IMG/VR virus record: IMGVR_UViG_3300045988_103857
DNA from: a virus
Direction: 5' to 3' (one strand)
DNA: 64,000 nt
The notes beneath the pieces are model-generated. The model did not search any database. It was given only the letters and a program-made list of their open reading frames with translations, and was not told the DNA's origin. The stretch's first letter is position 1; each line of letters starts with the position of its first letter. The translations under genes and the position numbers were made by a program. Below, in pieces: positions 43,001-51,129 of the stretch.

Positions 43001-44428
43001 ATGACAAACGAACAGAAAACAGTTCTCAGGAAGATTATTTATGCGGTCGAAACTGGCGGACAGGTTTACGGACAACAGGATTATTCGGACTTCACGGAAG
43101 CCTATACGAATAACTCAGATGAACACGCAATTACAATCGGTGCAGGAGCGTGGTACGGAACCGAAGCCAAGGCACTTTTGGAACGAATTTACGATGCCGA
43201 CCCGGAACAGTGGGAGAAGATAGACGAAGTCAGACTTTTGGAACAAGTTCAGACCGCTAATTGGGAATGCTTCAATATTTCCAGACTATCACAACTTGCC
43301 GACACTATAGTTGCCCTTATTTCGTCCGATTTGGGCGTTAAATGCCAAGATAGCCTTATGGATGAACAATTAGCCATCTATGCAGACGAAGCCATTAAAC
43401 AGGGCGTTACGGACGCTAGAGCGCAAGCTATGTGTGTGAACTTTAGACACCAAGGCGGACAGGGAGCAGTAACGAGGATTCTGGCAAAGACTCAGAAGCC
43501 ATATACGCTCGATAATCTCTATGCAGCTTGTCAGACGGACACAGGGAATCAAGTCGGGGCATATGAGAGCAGGCAGAGATTTGTTTATGGCGCATTAAAG
43601 ACATATTTTCCAGAAAGTGAGGAGACAGACATGAACGCAATTGATAAATTAATCCAGATCGCAAAGAATGAAACCGGATATCTTGAAAAGGCAAGTAATA
43701 GTCAGCTTGATAGTAAGACAGCAAATGCCGGAGAAAATAATTATACGAAATATTGGCGTGATATTAAGCCGGATTATCAAGGACAGCCATGGTGTGCTGC
43801 ATTTGTTTCGTGGTGCATGATGAAAGCATTCGGCTTAGACACAGCGAAGAAACTTTTGAAACACTGGCCATACGTTTATTGCCCGACAATGGCGGATTTG
43901 TTTACTCTGAACGGCAATCCAAAAGTCGGAGACATTGTTATTTTCTACAGAAACGGAGAATTTACGCATACTGGAATCGTAATAAAAGTGTCAGGAGATC
44001 GGTTCTGGACAGTCGAAGGAAATACTTCTGGTGGCTCTACAATTATCGCAAATGGTGGTGGTGTATGCCAGAAAAGTTACTACAACAGCAACCTTCCCGG
44101 AACAAAATTCTGCACTCCAAATTACAGTTTAGTTAAAAATACAACGTCAGTTTCAGACTCAGATACAGTCAAAAAACAGAACACTAGAGCCTACATTGCG
44201 CAGATTAAAAAAGGCACAAAATGTTATACAAAATCAAACAAAAACAGCCCATCTAAACTGTTCCCAAAACTGAAAAAAGGTGCAGTTGTAGAGGTGATGA
44301 AGTACACGGAAACCGACAGTTCAGGGCTGAAATGGTACTTCATCCGCATCCCGCATCCGACAGAAGGGTTTGTTTTTGAATTTGTTCCAAAGGGAACGTT
44401 TACCAGAATCACAGAAATTTCTAAATGA
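43001..44428 (+). CDS. endolysin (N-terminal domain of unknown type, CHAP amidase/peptidase, C-terminal SH3b-like domain)
   Basis: CHAP catalytic pattern GQPWCAAFVSWCM ... FTHTGIVIKV ... WTVEGNTS. The C-terminal KGAVVEVMKYTETDSSGLKWYFIRI is SH3b-like. Confidence 0.8.
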   Translation: MTNEQKTVLRKIIYAVETGGQVYGQQDYSDFTEAYTNNSDEHAITIGAGAWYGTEAKALLERIYDADPEQWEKIDEVRLLEQVQTANWECFNISRLSQLADTIVALISSDLGVKCQDSLMDEQLAIYADEAIKQGVTDARAQAMCVNFRHQGGQGAVTRILAKTQKPYTLDNLYAACQTDTGNQVGAYESRQRFVYGALKTYFPESEETDMNAIDKLIQIAKNETGYLEKASNSQLDSKTANAGENNYTKYWRDIKPDYQGQPWCAAFVSWCMMKAFGLDTAKKLLKHWPYVYCPTMADLFTLNGNPKVGDIVIFYRNGEFTHTGIVIKVSGDRFWTVEGNTSGGSTIIANGGGVCQKSYYNSNLPGTKFCTPNYSLVKNTTSVSDSDTVKKQNTRAYIAQIKKGTKCYTKSNKNSPSKLFPKLKKGAVVEVMKYTETDSSGLKWYFIRIPHPTEGFVFEFVPKGTFTRITEISK

Positions 44429-44570
44429 CAGTTGTAATATGACTTTTATAATGCTATAATAAAATGTGTTTGATATAGTAGTTCGTATTGCAAACCTTTT
44501 ATTTATTAAGTGTTAACAATGAGAATGACCGCCAATTACTCCTTCCCGGGTTGGCGGTCATTCTTCACTG

Positions 44571-45269
44571 TCAACTTATGTAATTTTCATATTTTTCTTT
44601 GATTTCTTTTGACCCATTCTGTCTTATCTGGACAATGTCCCCAGAATCCATGACGAAATTATCACCTGCCGACTGAATATGATCCATGTTCACCAGATAA
44701 CTCTGATGGCAACGTAAGAATCGCTTATCAGACAGCTTTTCTTCCAGATCGTTCAGCTTGCAAGTGGTCACGAAACATCGGTTATTTGTAGCGAAAATAT
44801 GGCAAACTCTTGCCTGACTTTCGACGTACTCAATTTCATCGTATTTGAGCCGGTTTATCTGCCTACGGAATTTGAACGTCAATGTTTCATCCCTCATCTG
44901 TGACAGAATCTCGTCAATAGCCCGGTATATTCTGCCGTATTCCTTGCCCTTGACCGCATACTGCATAGCGCCGACGTCAAACGCTTCTTGCAGATGAGAA
45001 TCGTCGGCTGTCCAGAATATAATCTTTCCATCATATCCAATATCCCGGAGCCGGTTCGCAATCTCCAAACCGTTCTCATTTTCCAGAATCATATCCAGTA
45101 CAATTACATCGTACCATTTACCCTCTTTCACATCTTCAACAAGCGGATAACCTGCCGAATACTCGCTAATTTCATACCGGTAATCTCCTTTGCGCCGCAA
45201 GAATCCCGATATGTGCTCTTTAAACAAGTCAACTTCAAGCTGATTATCGTCACATATGGCTATTCTCAT
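44571..45269 (-). CDS. orphan LytTR-family response regulator
   Basis: Start refined to MRIAICDDNQ.. after an AGGAGGG SD. Receiver motifs (DD.., VIVLDMIL, KIIFWTA). C-terminal LytTR domain (YVESQARVCHIF...FLRCHQSYLVNMDHI). No kinase gene nearby. Confidence 0.8.
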   Translation of the reverse strand: MRIAICDDNQLEVDLFKEHISGFLRRKGDYRYEISEYSAGYPLVEDVKEGKWYDVIVLDMILENENGLEIANRLRDIGYDGKIIFWTADDSHLQEAFDVGAMQYAVKGKEYGRIYRAIDEILSQMRDETLTFKFRRQINRLKYDEIEYVESQARVCHIFATNNRCFVTTCKLNDLEEKLSDKRFLRCHQSYLVNMDHIQSAGDNFVMDSGDIVQIRQNGSKEIKEKYENYIS

Positions 45270-45490
45270 ATGCGCGCCCTCCTTTCGTAGTCTCAATTTT
45301 GCCAAAATACGCAATGATTTTGACAGCACACACATTTTTCTTCCTGTTCGTGGTATTATTGTCCCACAAACAAAGTGTAGCACTTAAAATTGTTAGTGTA
45401 AAGCGCTAAAGTTTGACATAATTCGCAAAATATGGTTTCTGTGTCCGGGAGGATGTGTGGATAGAGAGACTGCCTGCGAGAACGACAGGC

Positions 45491-45517
45491 AAAAGAAAGA
45501 GGGGCGGTTGCCCCTCT
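45491..45517 (-). terminator. intrinsic terminator for the 45521-46321 gene
   Basis: Stem AGAGGGGC/GCCCCTCT with a T-rich tail on the minus strand. Confidence 0.65.
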
Positions 45518-45520
45518 TGT

Positions 45521-46321
45521 TTATTTCGCTAAATACAAAACTGAAACAGTATCTATTTTTACGCACATTCCATTCTCTAACGGTAGATTCCCAATTTCAC
45601 TGGAATACAAAGAATTAATGCTTTCTAAGTCAGAATCAAGACTTTCTTTATATTTTTTTGAAGCGACATGGTATTCTTCTGAATGTTCGTAATCATCATT
45701 CTTATAATCATCGTAGCTGTCATATACGCTGATAATTCCTGCTCCGTCGGTTATTGAAAAGGTGTACTTTCCGGCAGGAATATCTTCGCCAATAATATAA
45801 ACACCTGGATTTAGCCTGCCGGTATTATCAAGAGAATCGTTTTCCTGAGAATTAGAATTTTCGCTTTCCACGTCTTTTAAAACAGCTTCTTTTAATTTAG
45901 TTCCGTCTGAAAGACGCGTGATTGATAGCGAATCATCCCAAATTGAGCAAGCCAGAGTATCATTTTTGAAATTCCAAACGTTTGTTAGAACTACTCCATC
46001 ATAACCGCTCTTATAGAAATCATCGGTAACATAATCATAATCATACCAATCCTGCTGAGATGCTTCCGACAATACACTGGAAACCTTTGAAGCAAATGTG
46101 CCAACTTCATCATCTGGCACGTTCTCACTTATAACGATGCTTAGATGCAAGGATTTAGTGTTTTTGTCAATCACACATTCAGATGCTTCGACAAACCCAT
46201 CTTCACCATTGATCTTATTAAGCATTTCATTAATGTTGTCAAAGGAAGTAGCACTGGCATTGACAGGCGAAATGCATAAAAAAGCACACATCGTTATAAT
46301 TCCGCAAACTCTCTTTTTCAT
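45521..46321 (-). CDS. secreted protein of unknown function
   Basis: Signal peptide MKKRVCGIITMCAFLCISPVNASA. Confidence 0.65.
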   Translation of the reverse strand: MKKRVCGIITMCAFLCISPVNASATSFDNINEMLNKINGEDGFVEASECVIDKNTKSLHLSIVISENVPDDEVGTFASKVSSVLSEASQQDWYDYDYVTDDFYKSGYDGVVLTNVWNFKNDTLACSIWDDSLSITRLSDGTKLKEAVLKDVESENSNSQENDSLDNTGRLNPGVYIIGEDIPAGKYTFSITDGAGIISVYDSYDDYKNDDYEHSEEYHVASKKYKESLDSDLESINSLYSSEIGNLPLENGMCVKIDTVSVLYLAK

Positions 46322-46337
46322 AAAACCCTCTTTTCTG

Positions 46338-46586
46338 CTAAAGAAATCTCATATACTGCACTGCAATAAAAACTACTTCAATAATTCCGACAATAATTCC
46401 GAACCATGAGCCAATATGCCTATATTCCTCTTTCTTTGTGCCAATATCTACTAATCCTACAATTGCTCCTGCCAGAGCCAGTGGAAACGACAGGATAATT
46501 GGCAATGGAAGAATGAATGCCACACCTGCCAGAATACAGGAAATGACGCTCAGGGTTGAATCTTTCTTCTTTTCGCCTTTGCTCAT
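46338..46586 (-). CDS. small integral membrane protein
   Basis: Two long hydrophobic segments. 82 aa. Confidence 0.6.
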   Translation of the reverse strand: MSKGEKKKDSTLSVISCILAGVAFILPLPIILSFPLALAGAIVGLVDIGTKKEEYRHIGSWFGIIVGIIEVVFIAVQYMRFL

Positions 46587-46766
46587 ACAATCCCCTCCCT
46601 TGTTAAAATTTTATAATATTATACCACCTCATACAAACTGTGCATAGTAAAATATTAAAAAAGTAGATTATTTTTGTAGAAAAACTCCATGATTTTACAC
46701 TTCCCGGAAAAATCACACAAGTTTGTGCTATAATGCGTGATATATTTTTAGAAAGAGTTGGTAATA

Positions 46767-47129
46767 ATGAAGAAGAACAGATACAGGATAGTCGTACTCA
46801 TCCTGATATTTTACGAAATATTCTGTGCGGTGCATATACCGTCACATGATATAGCAGAACGGCACCGCAGAGATGTGCAGATCACAAAGGAAGTTACGGA
46901 ACAAATTTGTTCCGCCCAGATGCAGGAGTTGAACGAGATCAAAGAAATTTGCAATGTCAGATGTTATATTTGTGAAAGCGCAATTTTCTTTGGAATTGAG
47001 AAGTTTGCCTATGAAATAACAAAAGTCCATGTGTATATTTGGCAGTTGCCACGGGGAAATATTGATGGTATAATGTTGAAAACGAACTTATGTTCGGTTC
47101 TATTTCCCACAGCCGGACATATACTGTGA
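46767..47129 (+). CDS. hypothetical membrane-anchored protein
   Basis: N-terminal hydrophobic helix IVVLILIFYEIFCAV. Confidence 0.45.
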   Translation: MKKNRYRIVVLILIFYEIFCAVHIPSHDIAERHRRDVQITKEVTEQICSAQMQELNEIKEICNVRCYICESAIFFGIEKFAYEITKVHVYIWQLPRGNIDGIMLKTNLCSVLFPTAGHIL

Positions 47130-47289
47130 TGTAGGTGGTAGTTGTGACAGGGAGGGCTATTTATGGATTATAAGAAAGAGATTATTGAAATGGTGCAAAA
47201 GATAGATAGTGAAAAATTTATGAAATTCTTGTACAACATGATTGTTTCATTCAAGAGTCAATGGGGATATTAGAAAAAAAGACAGGGAA

Positions 47290-47643
47290 TTAATCCCTGC
47301 CTTTTTTGTGAAGAAATTCAATCATGTCGAAAACGCTTTTCTGATCAGATTCGCTTAATTCAATTAGTAACTTAACATGTTCAACGATATTTGAATTTGA
47401 CATCAATTTTGGAATAAAATCTGTGTCTGTTTCTAAATTATTTTCCCAACCCATTAGATAAGCCGGAGTAGTACGAAGTGCTTTGGATAATACATTCATA
47501 TATTCGGCAGGAACTTTATCAATATCGCCTTTTTCATATCTGAATATAGTAGACCTTGACACTCCCAATTTTTCTGCTAACTCATCAGCACTCATATTAA
47601 GTTGTTTTCTTCTTTCTTTTATTCGTTCGCCAGTTTCCGACAT
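47290..47643 (-). CDS. CI-like repressor (XRE-family HTH)
   Basis: MSADELAEKLGVSRSTIFRYEKG is the HTH_3 pattern. Divergent from the Cro-like gene. Confidence 0.85.
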   Translation of the reverse strand: MSETGERIKERRKQLNMSADELAEKLGVSRSTIFRYEKGDIDKVPAEYMNVLSKALRTTPAYLMGWENNLETDTDFIPKLMSNSNIVEHVKLLIELSESDQKSVFDMIEFLHKKGRD

Positions 47644-47683
47644 TTTTCACACCTCCTTTCTGAATACATAATAACACTAATGA

Positions 47684-47782
47684 TGCAAAAATGCAACAAA
47701 AATAATTGCAAAAATGCGATTTTATATATTGACATATGCGACACTTTGGCGTAATATATAATCACAAAGTTGCATTAATGCT
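47684..47782. promoter_or_regulatory. immunity switch region: three TGCA-N4-TGC operators and a sigma-70-type rightward promoter
   Basis: TGCAAAAATGCA (47684-47695), TGCAAAAATGCG (47707-47718) and TGCATTAATGCT (47771-47782). TTGACA (47729-47734), 17 nt, then TAATAT (47752-47757). Confidence 0.65.
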
Positions 47783-47802
47783 ACTGGAAAGGAGGAACGC
47801 GA

Positions 47803-48015
47803 ATGGTTGTTAATATAGCTAGACTTAAAGGAAAAATCGTTGAACGTGGAAACACTCAGGAAGCTGTTGCAAATGCAATTGGAATGGACAGAAGCACATT
47901 CTACAGAAAACTAAAAGATGGCGGAGAGAAATTTACAATCGGAGAAATCCACGGAATCGTAAATGCAGTTCCTTTAAGCAAAGAGGAAGCTATAGATATT
48001 TTTTTTACATCATAG
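47803..48015 (+). CDS. Cro-like HTH regulator
   Basis: NTQEAVANAIGMDRSTFYRKLK is an HTH pattern. It is the first gene of the rightward operon. Confidence 0.75.
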   Translation: MVVNIARLKGKIVERGNTQEAVANAIGMDRSTFYRKLKDGGEKFTIGEIHGIVNAVPLSKEEAIDIFFTS

Positions 48016-48057
48016 TCGCATTATTGCGACTTAAATATATTACACGAAAGGAGACAA

Positions 48058-48750
48058 ATGAACAGCTTACAGATTTTTAACTCAGAAGAGTTCGGAGAAA
48101 TCCGAACAATAGAAATTGACGGGAAACCGTATTTTGTTGGAACAGATGTTGCGAAAGCACTTGGATACAGCAATCCGAGAAAAGCCATTCTTGACCATTG
48201 CAAGGGAGTAACGAAACGTGACACCCCTACATCTAGTGGCGTTCAGTCAATGTCATACATAAATGAGGGAGATTTGTACCGCCTGATTATGAAATCAAAA
48301 CTTCCGTCAGCGGAGAAATTCGAGTCATGGGTTATGGACGAAGTTCTCCCGGCAATCCGCAAGACGGGTTCATACCAGAAACCGATGACCGTAGCAGAAC
48401 AGATTCAGTTACTGGCTCAGGGCAATCAAGACCATGAGGAACGAATCGAGAAACTTGAGAACACAATGACCATCGACTACGGGCAGCAGAAATATCTTGG
48501 AGATTTAGTTTCCAGAGTAGTAATCGAAGTGCTAGGTGGCAAGAAATCCAATGCTTACGACGAGATCGGCAAGAAAGTATTTGCAGAATGCAACCGGGAT
48601 GTCAAAACTTACTTTGATGTAAATGCCCGGAATAACATTCCAAAACTGAGGTATCAGGAAGCAGTTGAATATATCAAGGAATGGACGCCATGTGCAAATA
48701 CAAAGATTATGATTCGAGACTGCAATGCACAGGGAAGATTAGCTGAGTAG
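48058..48750 (+). CDS. antirepressor (BRO-N domain plus a C-terminal ORF6C-like domain)
   Basis: FGEIRTIEIDGKPYFVGTDVAKALGYSNPRKAI...EGDLYRLIMKSKLPSAEKFESWVMDEVLP is a Bro-N pattern. Confidence 0.8.
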   Translation: MNSLQIFNSEEFGEIRTIEIDGKPYFVGTDVAKALGYSNPRKAILDHCKGVTKRDTPTSSGVQSMSYINEGDLYRLIMKSKLPSAEKFESWVMDEVLPAIRKTGSYQKPMTVAEQIQLLAQGNQDHEERIEKLENTMTIDYGQQKYLGDLVSRVVIEVLGGKKSNAYDEIGKKVFAECNRDVKTYFDVNARNNIPKLRYQEAVEYIKEWTPCANTKIMIRDCNAQGRLAE

Positions 48751-48761
48751 GAGGAAAACAA

Positions 48762-49004
48762 ATGAAAAATATTGATAGCCGATTACACATACCTGGTGAC
48801 AATGATGAAATTTTTCATTCTATTATCGGCTTTAAACTTGTCGATATATCAGCAGGCACAAGTGGAAGTCAAGAAGAACCGACGCTTTTATTAAAGTTTG
48901 TGAATGAACACCATGTTGAGATTGATGTCGTTATTCAAGAATCTGGCGTGTTTGTCACTGAACCATTTGCAGTAAAAGAAGATTTAACCGTTGTTGATGA
49001 TTGA
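48762..49004 (+). CDS. hypothetical protein
   Basis: TAGGAGGAAAAC SD. Confidence 0.55.
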   Translation: MKNIDSRLHIPGDNDEIFHSIIGFKLVDISAGTSGSQEEPTLLLKFVNEHHVEIDVVIQESGVFVTEPFAVKEDLTVVDD

Positions 49005-49324
49005 AAAGGAGAATGCAAGTCGAACATTTTAAACGCCATTCCCCTGTCAGCAATGTTGGTTATTTGCAGTTATGTTTCTTAACGGCACGGGAACAGTAAA
49101 TGCGGCGGAAGAAAGACAGGACTGGTTTGCACAATCACACTTGGAATTGTTGCTATGATTCTTGCAGTTCGGAAACTTTTTCACCGTGTTGATGAAAACC
49201 ATCAATATGCGGTAATAATTGCAAAATTTTATCTCATTTCATTTTACCCGGCATGGCGGTACCTGTAAGGACATTATAAGGAGATACAGAATAAAACTCA
49301 ATATCATATCGGAGGGATATAAAA

Positions 49325-49498
49325 ATGGCAAAAGCATTAATCCTATCAGCTCTGATCGGCGGTATGTCACCGTACCTGCCGTTCTGGAGATTTGACAGTG
49401 CATCACAGCCGGTTGCAGTAGCAATCGTAATGTTTATCTTATCATTCGTGGTTATTTACCCGGATGAAATTAAAAGAATCGGAGGGAAAGAAAGATGA
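49325..49498 (+). CDS. small membrane protein, 57 aa
   Basis: Hand-translated: MAKALILSALIGGMSPYLPFWRFDSASQPVAVAIVMFILSFVVIYPDEIKRIGGKER. The stop overlaps the next ATG. Confidence 0.4.
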   Translation: MAKALILSALIGGMSPYLPFWRFDSASQPVAVAIVMFILSFVVIYPDEIKRIGGKER

Positions 49499-49767
49499 TT
49501 GAGACAAAAATGGGAGAAATCAAACTTAAAGGCAGTAAAGCAGAATTAATAGCTGACTTAGCTGTTATCGTTCGTGGAATCAAAGAAACCATTATGGAAG
49601 ACGGCAAAGAAACAGAGGAATCTGTGAAGCAGGAGATTAACGAAGCGGTCAAAATCGGACTGATGAACGAAGAAGAATTTAAAACTATTCAAAAAGAAAA
49701 AATCAAAGAAGTTGTAAAAACATTATTTGGTGATTTACTTGGAGGGCTTTTCGATGAAGATAAATGA
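49495..49767 (+). CDS. hypothetical protein
   Basis: GGAGGG SD upstream. 90 aa. Confidence 0.55.
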   Translation: MIETKMGEIKLKGSKAELIADLAVIVRGIKETIMEDGKETEESVKQEINEAVKIGLMNEEEFKTIQKEKIKEVVKTLFGDLLGGLFDEDK

Positions 49768-50050
49768 ATTTGATAAGACCGTAGATGAGCTGTACCAGTT
49801 GTGCAGGAGAGTTCAGAAAGAAACCGGCAGAACGGTAGCATTTCATTTCGCAAACTACAAGATCGGATGCAGCTTGCACATCAACATATATAAGAAAGAA
49901 TCCTTAAGAGAGTTTGATATGTACAGCATTGTAGAGGGCGGTTGTCAGCAGGAAGAAAATGTGAAGAAAGTAACTGACCATTTGAACAAAATTTTGATGG
50001 ACAACAAATGCCCGTATTGTGAGGGAGATTGCAATGAAGAAAGAAAATAA
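49754..50050 (+). CDS. hypothetical protein with a C-terminal CxxC
   Basis: ATG at 49754, overlapping the upstream gene's end. CPYCEGDC near the C-terminus. Confidence 0.5.
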   Translation: MKINEFDKTVDELYQLCRRVQKETGRTVAFHFANYKIGCSLHINIYKKESLREFDMYSIVEGGCQQEENVKKVTDHLNKILMDNKCPYCEGDCNEERK

Positions 50051-50198
50051 GATGGATTTCAGAGCAGAGACCGTAGCCGAGGAATACGCCGAATTAGTTG
50101 GCAGACTAAAGGCGTTCAAAGCATACCTCAACTCTGGCGAGAGCATAATCATCGACAAGAAAATATGTATCGCCATGTTAGGTCTCGACTCAGATTAA
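50034..50198 (+). CDS. small protein, 54 aa
   Basis: Hand-translated: MKKENKMDFRAETVAEEYAELVGRLKAFKAYLNSGESIIIDKKICIAMLGLDSD. Confidence 0.4.
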   Translation: MKKENKMDFRAETVAEEYAELVGRLKAFKAYLNSGESIIIDKKICIAMLGLDSD

Positions 50199-50329
50199 AA
50201 GTTGGCTCCATGGGTACCGGAAATACCACATGGAGCCGCGTATCTAACTTAATTTGGCTAAGTTAAATACAGGACAAGTATAACACACCTTCCTGTATTT
50301 ATCAAATAAATAATTAGGAGGGCATTTTT

Positions 50330-50527
50330 ATGTCTAAAACACACACATCCAACGAACAGAAACCACTTGCAAGCGAGATTATTTGTGATCTGGAAGCAGA
50401 AAACGCAAAACTCGAAGCGAGAAACAAGAAACTCAGTAACATTATTTTGAAGCAGGCAGCAGTTCTTGTGGAGACATTATTGCTGTTGAATGAAGAAGGT
50501 GATTTAGGAAATGAAGATGCGAGATGA
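50330..50527 (+). CDS. hypothetical coiled-coil protein
   Basis: TAGGAGGG SD. Confidence 0.55.
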   Translation: MSKTHTSNEQKPLASEIICDLEAENAKLEARNKKLSNIILKQAAVLVETLLLLNEEGDLGNEDAR

Positions 50528-51128
50528 GAACCAGGTGCTTTTATCAGGTGACATTCCGGCAGGGTTCGTATTCTCACATGAAGAATACGGTGGAACCAAG
50601 ATGTACGAGGGAAGAATGACAATATTCAGAAAGAATGCATCCTATGACATTCTTCCAATTATTGCACCAGAGCACATGATTTCAAGAGAAACAGAGCTGA
50701 TTGCTAGTGTATATGGTGAAATGCGAAGCCGTACAGTCCGAGAAGATGGAAAGAAAAGCCTTACAGCGTATGTAAGAGCAATGGACATTCAGTATCTTGA
50801 AAGACTGGAAGAACACGATGCGAACGAAGTTTATCTGACTGGATATCTGATTAAAAAGCCGACAATAAAGATGATTGGCGCGAACAACTACAGGAAGCTG
50901 GCAAGAATACTTCTGGCAGTAAACAGAAAGAAGAAAGCCGGATATACCAGATCAGATGCAATCAGTTGTTTATGCTGGGAGGAAAACGCAGATGCCGTAG
51001 AAAATCTGAAAAAGGGAGCAAAAATCAAACTCTGCGGAAGATTCCAAAGCCGGGAACTGTGGTCTGATCAGAGTCAATCATGGGTAACCGCGTTGGAGGT
51101 ATCAGTAAAAAGATTGGAGATTTTGTAA
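50511..51128 (+). CDS. SSB-like / OB-fold DNA-binding protein (tentative)
   Basis: Position at the head of the recombination module. Repeating beta-rich pattern. No canonical acidic SSB tail. Confidence 0.35.
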   Translation: MKMRDENQVLLSGDIPAGFVFSHEEYGGTKMYEGRMTIFRKNASYDILPIIAPEHMISRETELIASVYGEMRSRTVREDGKKSLTAYVRAMDIQYLERLEEHDANEVYLTGYLIKKPTIKMIGANNYRKLARILLAVNRKKKAGYTRSDAISCLCWEENADAVENLKKGAKIKLCGRFQSRELWSDQSQSWVTALEVSVKRLEIL

Positions 51129-51129
51129 T

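Noticed and set aside
44523-44563. A 12-bp-stem hairpin (GAATGACCGCCA...TGGCGGTCATTC) acting as a bidirectional terminator between the endolysin and the LytTR gene
   Set aside because: The stem is clear, but the loop is 17 nt and neither side has a U-tract. Termination cannot be claimed from sequence alone.
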